DNA of 34,970 nucleotides from Trypethelium eluteriae (Eukaryota). The notes beneath the pieces were generated by a model, which did not search any database, had not been told where the DNA came from, and saw nothing but the letters and a program-made list of their open reading frames with translations. The stretch is taken from NCBI GenBank assembly GCA_051942245.1, contig JAVECL010000222.1, positions 1 through 34,970 on the forward strand. Reading direction: 5' to 3'. Below, piece after piece: positions 12,187-22,119 of this stretch. The position numbers and the translations under genes were made by a program. Numbering within the stretch: position 1 is the first letter of the stretch; every line of letters begins with the position of its first letter.

Positions 12187-14022
12187 ATGATGTTCGGTAG
12201 AACCTTCATCAATGTTACAAAGTCCCGCCCAGTCCGGTGCGTCTTCACCTCGACACATAGCAGTTTGATGCCATACCAAGTTCCGATTGATACGGAGCCC
12301 TTGTTCCGCTACACTAGTGGCAGATGGCTGTAGGATGAGCGAAAGCAGCTCGATGCTCGTTACCGACGTTTTGATGTTGCTGGTCTGCAGCGGGTAGCGT
12401 GCCAGGCAATAGGAGCGAATCGGTGCAACTCTTTGGAGAAAGTTGGTGAAGGCAACTACAACAAAGCATATCGCTTGGCAATGGAGAATGGCCAGAGGGT
12501 CATAGCCAAAATTCCTCACCCCAACGCTGGTCCGCCAGCATTCACAACTGCGTCGGAAGTAGCGACTATGGAATTCGCGAGCACTATTCTCAGCATACCC
12601 ATGCCCAAAGTCCTTGCCTGGAGTGCTACCGATCAGAATCCTGTCGATACCGAATACATAATCATGGAAGAAGCTAAGGGTTCTCCACTCCAAGAAGTCT
12701 GGCATGATCTTCAATTACGAACCAAACGGGACATCATCCACGAGATTATAGACGTGGAAAGGAAGTTGCTCTCGGTTTCTTTCGACAGGTATACAACCCA
12801 CTGTTGCAATTCAATTGACCAGGCTTAGCAGCGCTGACAAGTATTGGCAGGGTAGGATCACTGTACTTTAATGACTGTAGTGTTCCAGATTGTGCGCCTA
12901 TGTTAGCTACAGCCGGTTCTCAAGAGCTCTGTGATACCATTCAATCACGGTTCTGCATCGGACCCATTGTTCGAAGAGAATTCTGGGAGAAGGAACGTAG
13001 TGAAATGCGCCAACATCACGGTCCCTATATATCTCCTAGATCTCACACAAGTTTAATAGTAGACTCACAAAATTGGTAGGGAACACTTCAAGGGAGTATC
13101 TCGAGTCGGTCGCTCGTCGCGAGATTGACTGGATGAAAGCCTACGCCGATCCACAAAAAGCCGCTGATAATCCATGGCAATATAAGAGCGCAGAGCAACA
13201 TTCTCCGGAAGCCCACATACTCTCTTTGCACAAATTTCTGTCCGCCATCCCACACATTATTCCTAAAGATGCAAACATCGTTTCACCCAGAGTTTGGCAC
13301 CCGGACTTTCATGCTGGTAACATCTATGTTGATGACCAAGGCCGACTTTCAACTATTATCGATTGACAGGGAGCCTGGACCACTCCAGTGTTTCTGGGAG
13401 CCAATCCCCCATTACTCTTAGATTATGGAATTGATATGTTGATGAAGCTGCCTGACAATTTCAAAAATCTTGACGAGGTTACGAAAGACCAGCTCAGGTA
13501 TCAAGTGTCCCAGTCCATCTTAATTCATGCCTACGAAACCTTGACTGCGGAAAAGAATCCTTTGATGAATACGATGATGCGGTACCCCCATAGCCAGACA
13601 CTCAAGCAACTGGAAGCCTTTGCTGGCTCTTCATGGGACAATTGTCTCTTCCCTCTCCAGGAATGCTTGATCCGTGTTGAAAAGTAGGTCAGTTCTTGTC
13701 ATTCTAGATATAACACGCTTACTTTTTACACAGAGAATGGGACCATTTTGATTCCACTGAGCCATGTCCCTTTCACTATTCTAGTGAAGAAATTCGAGAA
13801 CATCGTAAAGAAGCCGACGTTCTCAATGACAACCAAGCTCTCTGGGGAGAGCTTCGAGGGATTTTGACAGACGAGGGCTACACATCGAATGAAACTTTTG
13901 GTAGGGCTACCGAGCTACTCGAAAAACTGCGAGAAACCGGTCTGGATCGCTTGAAGGGAGACGAAAGGAATGAATTCGATAGGGAAAAACGTGTGGTCCT
14001 GGATCCCAGTGCACCGGCTTAG
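12187..14022 (+). pseudogene. Disrupted APH/choline-kinase-fold phosphotransferase (AIM9-like family)
   Basis: Reconstructed exons 12187-12788, 12851-13026, 13080-13683, 13734-14022 (1671 nt, frame preserved). Motifs: LFRYTSGRWL*DE, GEGNYNKAY, VIAKIPHPNAGP..TTASEVATM, EYIIMEEAKG, WHPDFHAGNIYV, IID*QGA. In-frame stops: TAG 12331-12333 and TGA 13364-13366. The intron-2 donor reads ATATAT at 13027. Confidence 0.85.
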
Positions 14023-14951
14023 AGGAGGCCTTCTTTTTCGAAATTTCTGCACAGTTTGTAGAGTTTTTCGGGCTGTCATCAGCCCCCGTTCAGATGCTCA
14101 GCTGCACAATTTTTCGCGATTTGCGAAGTCGCATAGACAATGGTGTCAGCCGTCGAAAGAAGTGTGCGTTATCAGGATGGAAGGAGCGTCATTAACTCCA
14201 GTAACAACTGCATTGAGAACTCAATTCGAGTAAGGGCCAGCCAAATGAAGACTACTGGCAGTAATGACTACATCATGGAACCGTCCTTTCCAAAGTGAAA
14301 CATGAAAGCGGACAGAATGGATTTTCACCGGGCTCGGTCTCCAAATACCTAATTTCTGCTCACACTTTACAGGGACCTGGCTTGACAATCGCCCCAATCT
14401 GAAGGCAGCCCGCGGTTGACGTTAGGCTCCCTTCTATTATCAGCACGTACACCGGACTAAGCTACGAGATAGCTTGGGCGCATGATTGAGATCATGGAGC
14501 TGAAGCTTTTGTCCTCCACGGCGGTTTGGCTTGTTAAGCCTTTCGAAGCAGAAAGCGAGGCACGCGCCAGAAGAGACTAAGACTGGCGTAGATTGACCGA
14601 TGATGGAGGAAATCGAAGAACCATTCGAATATTGTCGCACTACCCAGCTCGTCGTCCATGTAGAATCTGGGAGTCATATCTCCCGCTCCCACATCCTCCA
14701 CAGCTGGTTTGGAACGAGGGGATGGCATAGGACTTATCGCGATACCTTTCGTTTTTGTGCAGGTAGATGGAGCGCCGGCAGAATTTTGGGCAATTCGGAT
14801 GCATCTCATTTGGCCATAAACCCGGATAGGGATGTCGGGCTTCCCAGGGTTGACGTTCTCAACTCAGCACTAATCTAGGAAAGACCCCAGCAATAGCCGA
14901 GGCTGCGGCTTTGTATGAATCTCTTCATCGTAGAAGGCTAGGTTTTGTTGC

Positions 14952-15743
14952 TCACGTCCCTTTATTAAATGTATTGCTCATTGTGCCAATGTTGTGGGCG
15001 ATTTGAAGTCCTGAATTATGATCCCCAGAAAACACGATATTATACGATCCTCCTACGTGTTCGGAACTTCCAGTAAGTGCATCTGCTAAAAATTTATCTT
15101 GCGCCGTGGCGATATCCTTGAGCTCCGAGAGTTTCTCGTTCTCGCCAAGCATAGATACCTCATTCGCGCACAAACGGCGCTGAAGTTCCTCGCTAGCTGG
15201 GAATAACTCCACAAGACTATTGACTAACTCGGTGATATCCTCAATGAGCCTTCTAAAATGTTTCTCCTCATACAGGGCCCATTTGGCCTTCTCTCGTAAG
15301 CCGGACCGGTTCTGGCGGGCGATTGATAACTGTCGCATTTTAAAATGAAGGTCTGCGATTGCCGGTTCTAGGTCCGTTTGCGGGCTATAAGTCATAAGGC
15401 TTGTATCATCTGACCTTTTCCGACTCTTAAATTTGTTTGATACACCCTCGGCATCAGCAAATAATTCGATGATTTGGCCGAGTAGGGACTCTGCCTGTTT
15501 GATGTCTTCATCAGCTCTGAAGTAGGTTCCCAGCGACTGAGTATCCTGTATATTGTCATTCAGACCCAAGGATTTGCCCCATCGCGACAAGCGGAGCCTT
15601 GCGTTGTCAAGCTTGAGCTGACTAGTCTGGAAGTCCTTTTCAAAGTTACGACCCAGCTGCACGAATTCGAAGCATTCCACAGTGCTGTTGAAGAGGCCGG
15701 CAAGAGCTACGACGCCAACAGCTAGGCCAGAAGCTTCTGCCAT
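14952..15743 (-). CDS. HET-S-like HeLo-domain cell-death effector with C-terminal PP/RHIM-like amyloid motif (263 aa)
   Basis: Intronless, intact ORF. The N-terminus GVVALAGLFNSTVECFEFVQLGRNFEKDFQTSQLKLDNARLRLSRWG and the later KAKWALYEEKHFRRLIEDITELVNSLVELFP match the HeLo (HET-s N-terminal) pattern. The C-terminal tail is G/N/S-rich: SYNIVFSGDHNSGLQIAHNIGTMSNTF. Confidence 0.93.
   Translation of the reverse strand: MAEASGLAVGVVALAGLFNSTVECFEFVQLGRNFEKDFQTSQLKLDNARLRLSRWGKSLGLNDNIQDTQSLGTYFRADEDIKQAESLLGQIIELFADAEGVSNKFKSRKRSDDTSLMTYSPQTDLEPAIADLHFKMRQLSIARQNRSGLREKAKWALYEEKHFRRLIEDITELVNSLVELFPASEELQRRLCANEVSMLGENEKLSELKDIATAQDKFLADALTGSSEHVGGSYNIVFSGDHNSGLQIAHNIGTMSNTFNKGT
14991..15038 (-). 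other. Amyloid signalling motif, effector side (IVFSGDHNSGLQIAHN, aa 236-251)
   Basis: N-x-G-L-Q-I-A-x-N closely matches the pseudo-palindromic PP motif N-x-G-phi-Q-phi-G-x-N. It aligns without gaps to the adjacent NLR N-terminus. Confidence 0.85.
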
Positions 15744-15999
15744 GAGTGATTGATTATACCTTTCAAACTAGAAGTTAATGGGCTGAAGCAACGATGATTA
15801 TATAGTTCGTGAACGTATTTAGTTGACTGCGTTGGGTATGTATCATCTTTGCAAGCATTCGAGTCTTCACCACGCGGAACACGTGACATGGTGATCGTAT
15901 ATGGAAGGGTACCTTGAGGCGTTCAGCCAGCTGAGAGTAAACGGCCCAGCAGAAGTGCCTATTTTTGAATATTCTGAAGCTGAAGAAGACGCAGTTGCA
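15744..15999. promoter_or_regulatory. Short shared intergenic region, putative bidirectional promoter of the effector/NLR pair
   Basis: There are 256 bp between the divergent ATGs at 15743(-) and 16000(+), or 157 bp if the upstream in-frame ATG at 15901 is used. Inferred from gene geometry only. Confidence 0.5.
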
Positions 16000-16020
16000 A
16001 TGAATGATGAAAGAGCTCAT

Positions 16021-16068
16021 ATCGAATTTTCGGGCTCGGAAAACCAGGGTTTACAAGTTGGTTGTAAT
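16021..16068 (+). other. Amyloid signalling motif, receptor side (IEFSGSENQGLQVGCN)
   Basis: Exact match to N-x-G-phi-Q-phi-G-x-N. It lies in the short N-terminal extension before the NB-ARC domain. Confidence 0.87.
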
Positions 16069-17644
16069 GCTACTGGTGGGACGATCGAGACCCACTATCA
16101 CTACGCTACTGGCAAGTCTGCGTCATCATCCACCCAGGAAGCTCTCGCTAATATTCATCGCTTCCCTAGAACGGCCAGAGGCGCCACCGAGTCCGTCGTT
16201 AAGTATTCCGTTTGGGCGCGACGCGGACTTTGTCGAGCGTGGAGAATTGTTGCCCCAAATCCGGCAAAATTGCGCTATACCAGGATCGCGGACAGCGCTG
16301 GTTGGGTTTGGTGGTGTTGGGTACATGAGCGCTTGACGCCCGCTAGCAATTACTGACTTTGTTCAAAGGAAATCACAACTCGCCATCGAATACGCGTACC
16401 AACTGCGAGAGCAATATCCTGGAGTGTGGGCCTTCTGGGTTCACGCAAGCAACGCAGACCGCTTTGAGCAAGGCTATTGGAATATTGCAGCCAAGGCCAA
16501 GATCTTTGGGCATCGGGATCCGAAGGCCAATATATTCAAGCTTGTGCACGACTGGCTATATGATGACAAGAGAAAATGGGTCCTAATCCTCGATAACGTC
16601 GACGATGCTGATTTCCTCTTTGATAAGCCCCTCGTTGTTCAGAGTCAGCCCAACTCTGGTAGCTCGGCTTCCCAGCCGTTACGAGACTACGTTCCTCACA
16701 GTCAGAATGGGTCCGTTCTCATCACATCACGGAGCAGGGAGGCGGCACGATGACTGGTTGAAGAGAGGAATATCATCGCCGTCGAGCCGATGGACGAGCC
16801 GCAGGCGGTGGAACTGTTTAAGGCCAAGCTGGAAACGCAGAATGAGGGCCAAGATATTTCGGAACTTGTAGCAGCCCTTGAGTATATGCCGCTTGCGATT
16901 GTTCAAGCGACGGCCTATATCAACCAGCGATTTCCGCGGAGTTCCGTGCGGCAGTATTTGGAAGACTTTCGCAGAAGCGAGCCTCAAAGAATAAGGTTGC
17001 TAAACCAGGATGGAGGACAGCGGCGGCGGGATCTGGAAGCCAAGAACTCCATTTTGATCACTTGGCAAATCTCGTTTGATCATATACAACAATTGATGCC
17101 ATCAGCAGCAGATTTGCTCTCTCTCATGAGTTTCTTCGATCGACAGGGCATTCCCGAGGTCTTGCTCCGAAATCTGACTAAAGAGGACAGTGGCCAAGAA
17201 GATCGAAATTCACACAGTGGCAGTGATAGTGATGAAGACAAAGCCAGTGAATTGCGCTTGGCCGAGAGGGATCAGTTTGAAAATGATATCCTTGCCCTCC
17301 GAAACTTCTCGTTTATTTCAGTCAACAGAGACACGTCAAATTTCGAAATGCACAGGCTAGTGCAGCTCGCAACGCGAAAGTGGCTTGAAGCAGTTGGTGA
17401 GCTCGAGAAATGGAAGCAACGGTATATTAAAATTCTTTATGCCGAGTTTCCCACAGGGGACTACAAGAACTGGCCGATATGCCAGATGTTCTTTCCGCAC
17501 GCACAATCCGCAGCAGCACAACGCCCTCGGGAGCCAGATGCCCAATTAAAGTGGGCTTCAGTTGTATATAGGGCTGGAGCGTATGCGTCGCGAAGGGGCA
17601 ACAGAGCTGCGGCAGGGAATCTAACACTTAAATCACTAAAGATA

Positions 17645-18440
17645 AGGGAAAAGCTACTTGGTCCAGAACACGAAGCCACCCTATTGAGTATGGGACAGGT
17701 TGGGTCAGTGTACAGAGATCAAGGCCGATGGACGAAGGCAGAAGAGCTAGATGTGCAAGTGATGGAGAAGAGCAAGCAGGTGCTTGGGTCTGAGCATCAA
17801 GACACGCTGATTAGAATAAACAATTTGGTATTAACGTACTGGAATCAAGGCCGATGGAAGGAGGCAGGGGAGCTGAGCATGCAAGTGATAAAGACTAGCA
17901 AGCAGGTGCTTGGGGCTGAGCATCCAGACACGCTGAGTAGCATGAATAATCCTGCTTGCGCCTGGAAAGAGCAAGGTCGAATTGTAGAGGCAGAAGGATT
18001 AGAGGCGCAAGTAATAGAGACTCGCAAGCAGGTGCTTGGGGCCGAGCATCCAGACACACTGATTAGCATAAACAATCTTACCGGCACTTGGAAAGCGCGA
18101 GGTCGAATTGCAGAGGCAGAAGAGTTACAGGTGCAAGCAATAAAGACTTACAAGCAGGTACTTGGGGCTGAGCATCCACATACGCTAATCAGCATGAGCA
18201 ATCTTGCTTGCGCCTGGAAAAAGCAAGGTCGAATTGCAGAGGCAGAAGAGTTAGAGGTGCAAGTGGCGGAGACTCGTAAGCAGGTGCTTGGGGCTGGGCA
18301 TCCGGACACGCTGATTAGCATGAACAATCTTGCCTACACCTGGAAAAAGCAAGGTCGAATTGCAGGGGCTATCGAACTCATGGTGAAATGCGTGCAGTGC
18401 CGGATGACACTCTTGGGCATCGACCATCCTGACACCCAAT
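17645..18440 (+). repeat. Coding tandem repeat, 126-bp (42-aa) TPR units, about 6.3 copies
   Basis: AAGCAGGTRCTTGGG recurs at 17774, 17900, 18026, 18152 and 18278, an exact 126-bp period. Consensus KQVLGAEHPDTLISMNNLA..WK.QGRI.EAEEL.VQV.ET. Confidence 0.93.
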
Positions 18441-19597
18441 CTTCTTCTTCAGCGTTGATCAAGTGGAAGACCGAGAGCTCGGAGAACGGTAAATGAGGAT
18501 GAATTAGTTAAGGCACACTCACTAGAGTAGAAATGTCTAGGCTACCTCAAGTATCCCAACGCGCGTTGAGTACCGTGAGTGGTAGTTTAGATTGCTATTT
18601 ACAGAATACCTTGGCAGAGGCGTAGAAGGCCTGCAGATGATTGGATACTGCATACGCTGACGATAATCCAGGGCTGACCGTAAACACATGATCATGAGAT
18701 CTGCGATATCTCGCACCCACCGTCTGTGACTTTGTTGTTTGATGTCGTTCCACAGAGTGAACCCCAAGATCTAGCCCCAAATACAACTTTACCTGGGGTA
18801 TTGATGTGTCTCCACTCCTGGAGACCACTCAAAGCCGACTGGGGAATGGACCTGTTGAAAGAGACAACGATTCTTTGCAAAGTGGGGGCAGTGAGATGCC
18901 AAGCCGTACGGTTGCATTTGAGTGTCGCTCCGTATTGGCTGAATGCTTCCATTCCTACGATCGAGTCCACACTTTGCTTGAAAGTCAGCTCTCAGATAAT
19001 GAAAGATACCTACGTAACTTACCACTATACACCGTTGCAACTGAACTTCTCTCTGGGGATACCAAGTCCTTCTCTGAAGACAGCATTTTCAACGTCGAAT
19101 AGAGAACAGCGTATGCCAGTACTTAACCCGTACGTTAAGAGACAGACATTTGCCAAATTTTGGTCCGGCTTCAACATTAACCCACCCTCCAGCACTTTTT
19201 ATCTCCGCGCTCATATTTCCTATCATCGTCATACGAAGCTTGCCCTATCCCTCGGCGCATCCAGATATCGAAAGTTAAGTCCGTCAACGCAGTAACCGGT
19301 GGCGCAGGTCTGGCTCTCGGTCAAGAATGATGGAGCTGTCATAAAGCCGTCACTAAGCCCGATGACTTCGCATTAGCTTCTAAAAGTCGTCCGCATGTCT
19401 GCTAACACGTCAGGAACCGTAGCTAGGTAGGGAGAGTAGAGCACGCAAGGCAGTAGACACAGCGACGAGAGGTGTGCTTACCGGCGCCTCCCGTGAGCAG
19501 AGTTTCTGGCACTTCCAGTACATGTACACGAGCAGTCGATATTTTCTCATATATACAGTATCTTTACACGCTGGACTAGTGCACTGTCAATCAAACG

Positions 19598-20798
19598 CTA
19601 TTCAGGCTCTTGATCCTTCCATCTCTCCCTCACAGCTTCAGTCTCAAACCCGCACCTCTCCGCCTTTGTCACGATCGCTTTAGCCTTACCCACCACCGGC
19701 ACGTCGATCATCTTTCCATCTAATGTCCACGCACCCCTTCCTGCTCTGTCCGCCTTTTCGTCTGCAATAACTACCCTTACAGCCCAATCAACCTCCTCCT
19801 GCTCAGGTGCAAACACCCGTTCACAGACATCTACCTGTGTCGGATGGATACATTGCTTCCCGTTGAATCCTAGTCTCTTTCCATCCCTTGCTTCCTCTTC
19901 TAATGTTGCCAGACCTTTATCCCCCTTGTAGGATGTACAAACCAGATCGATGGTCGAGGGGAGACTGAATGCGCGAGCGCAAGTGGCAATGGAGCTGCGA
20001 GCAAAGAGAAATTCGCGGAGAGACGGTGTCCGGGTGAGAGAGAGGTCAAGGGCGAAGTCTTCTGCAGCGAAGATCAGGCCGGAAAGATATGGAGAGGCGC
20101 GGCAGATGGAGGGGAGGTCCGTAATGGAGCGGGCGGATTCAATCAGCGCGATGAGCGAGATGGAAGGCGGCGTATCGGGAGAAGGAGATGATGAGTGGCG
20201 GTCTGGAAGGATGTGGCGGAGAATGTCGGTGACAAAGTGGAGGTCGGAGGGGGAATTGACTTTGGGAATGACTATGGAGTCAATGTGGGGGGCTTTGAGC
20301 TGTTTCGTGGTAACCCTGTTAGTAGATCTTTTGCCAATTCATTTTCCGGTGCAGAGCAAGTCATGGGACGTGAAGCCGTGCCTCGAATGTTGTAGTGGAT
20401 TCGACACTTCGATACTGGCAGGGCGTACCACTTCTGTTAAGTCGTCCAGCGCGTACCCACTATCTACGGAGTTGATCCTCACAGCCTGCTCTCTTATTCC
20501 CTCCACTCGTGGCTGCTCCAGCAAGCTTCGCAGATTGCTACGTGCTTCGGACTTCTTACCGGGCGTAACCGAATCCTCGAGGTCGTAGGCGACACAGTCA
20601 ACATTGAGACCACGGGACTTGGTGAGCATTTTCTGCGATGAGCTGGGCACTAGAAGATCACAACGATCAGCGATGTTTCAAACTGCACACCAAGAACGAA
20701 TGAAAGCAGAATGCCAATGGGTACGGCCACCAAAGGGATGGGAGCTGTGGAGACTTACCATACAGCAAGGCCCGACGGAGGATTGAGGAGGCCGACAT
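19598..20798 (-). CDS. Citrate lyase beta-subunit-like protein (CitE/CLYBL, HpcH/HpaI aldolase family, ~320 aa)
   Basis: join(20759-20798, 20429-20649, 19598-20299) = 963 nt. Motifs: [68 protein letters not shown]. Confidence 0.92.
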
Positions 20799-21582
20799 CT
20801 TGGGCTATGACAGGCGGTAATTGGGATTCTCAAGCCATTGGAAGGGTAAGGTGGACTGAGCGACTGTGCAGAAGCTGAGAGGCGTAGCTTCGACCTCAGG
20901 TGAGAGAGTTGTCAGCTGGTCGTGCCGTGGTACATGTTGTAAGGTGGAGGAGGACCAAGAGTTTTGTCTTCCCCACATCGAGAAGACGGCAAACTCCGGC
21001 CGGATCAAAGCACCAAGGCAACCTTGGGTTTTAAGTTTGAAGTCACTGTCTTGACCAAGATTTTCACTGTGGCTGCGGACTCCGTTCAAACTCCACTACC
21101 AGACCCGTACCAAATATCGCTTTGCAGATTTCACAACCTCGTTTGGGATTCTGTGCCGGAGCAGTTGACAGCGCCACTCCAGTGTAGCGACTCGGCTGTG
21201 GGGAGTAGAGTAAGGCCGAGGCTGTGAATTGGTGCCCCATTCCGTACGTCCTCTTGGTGATCAGAGCATAACTCCGTACAGTTGCATGCATCTTCAAGGG
21301 CCCAAAAGAAATCGATCCCAATAGAGGAGGAGCAGCCCGCTGGCGGAAAGGCACCCCATGACTGGCCTCAAAAGCTCAAGGTTACAATGGAGGAAGATGA
21401 ACTAGTTATGGCAGCATACCAAAACAAGAAAAGCCAGTCGACGCGTCCTCCCCGCTCCCCGCAGAACTGATGTTAGATCTCACGGCAGACGCACAGTATC
21501 CGATACTAATCGTAGCGTCCGGTATGTGCTAAGGTTGAGAGTGCCTGCCTTATGGACCAAAGGCACACCCACTCGGCTCCCC

Positions 21583-21790
21583 TCAGCCAGTTAGCCAGTC
21601 CTCCCTCTCGTCTCTGTTTCGCCCCTTAACTTTGGTCCAATTGCTTACATTGGCTCCTTCCGGATCCACCTGTTTTTCGTATCCAGTTCGGTTCTAGTGC
21701 CATCTCGTTCCGGTCATTGGTTCGACTTGGCCTCCAACCCTTCGTTCCCAAATGTGAAATCTCACGACCGACCACCAAGCCTTCTTAGCC
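21583..21790 (-). promoter_or_regulatory. Possible XlnR/Xyr1-type GGCTRA sites upstream of the GH43 gene
   Basis: TCAGCC at 21583, TTAGCC at 21591 and TTAGCC at 21785 are reverse complements of GGCTGA/GGCTAA, 330-540 bp upstream of the GH43 ATG. The motifs are short and may be chance matches. Confidence 0.3.
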
Positions 21791-22119
21791 GCTGCACTAC
21801 TGACGCAAACCCTGATCACACCTGCATTGGCTTTGCCATTGACATGCAGGATCCTACGGGGTTCCTTCCGAACTATTCCTTGATCAGCGTGGCAAGTGAT
21901 GTCCTAAGGCCTCAAGAGCCATTGTAACTTCATTCGTAGACCCAGCGCTGTGCGATGATCTATATAAACATGATATCGTCTCCGTCAATCCTACTCAGCG
22001 TCTCGAGGAGTGTCGATTTCAGGTGCCAACTCTCGACGTGAGTAGAAATCCCATCATTCAGCATCTTGTATCTTTCGTTCGTCTTAGACCATTTCATTGT
22101 TCGTCTCCAGTACGGCATA

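Larger units (their letters stand above)
16000..18496 (+). pseudogene. Fungal NLR: N-terminal PP-like amyloid motif + NB-ARC + TPR repeats (PNT1-like architecture), interrupted by one in-frame TGA
   Basis: Exons 16000-16111 (alternative start 15901), 16170-16320, 16369-18496; 797 codons. Intron 1 is GC-AG (GCAAGT..GCTAAT..TAG). Motifs: ERPEAPPSP..IPFGRDADFVER, P-loop GFGGVG|KSQLAIEYAY, Walker B WVLILDNVDD, LITSR, YMPLAIVQA, MHRLVQ, then 42-aa TPRs. The TGA at 16751-16753 (REAAR*LVEERNII) is in frame with both flanks. Confidence 0.88.

Noticed and set aside
13027..13079. AT-starting intron as a U12 (AT-AC) intron
   Set aside because: It ends in AG and lacks the ATATCC donor consensus. A mutated GT donor in an already disrupted gene is simpler.
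14023..14951. Short ORFs between the APH pseudogene and the HeLo gene
   Set aside because: No recognisable domain, convincing splice model or amyloid-like motif. A decayed gene remnant cannot be excluded.
15901..16356. 151-aa ORF as a stand-alone gene
   Set aside because: It is better explained as NLR exon 1 read through the GC-AG intron. The downstream part is out of frame with the NB-ARC motifs.
17645..18440. Regularly spaced DNA repeats as a CRISPR-like or satellite array
   Set aside because: The period is a multiple of 3, the whole unit is conserved, and it encodes TPRs in a eukaryotic gene.
18537..19295. Overlapping ORFs of 76-189 aa downstream of the NLR
   Set aside because: No recognisable protein features, and several start at non-ATG codons.
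20805..21470. Cluster of short ORFs between the CitE-like and GH43 genes
   Set aside because: No coherent gene model or motif; probably a divergent promoter region.
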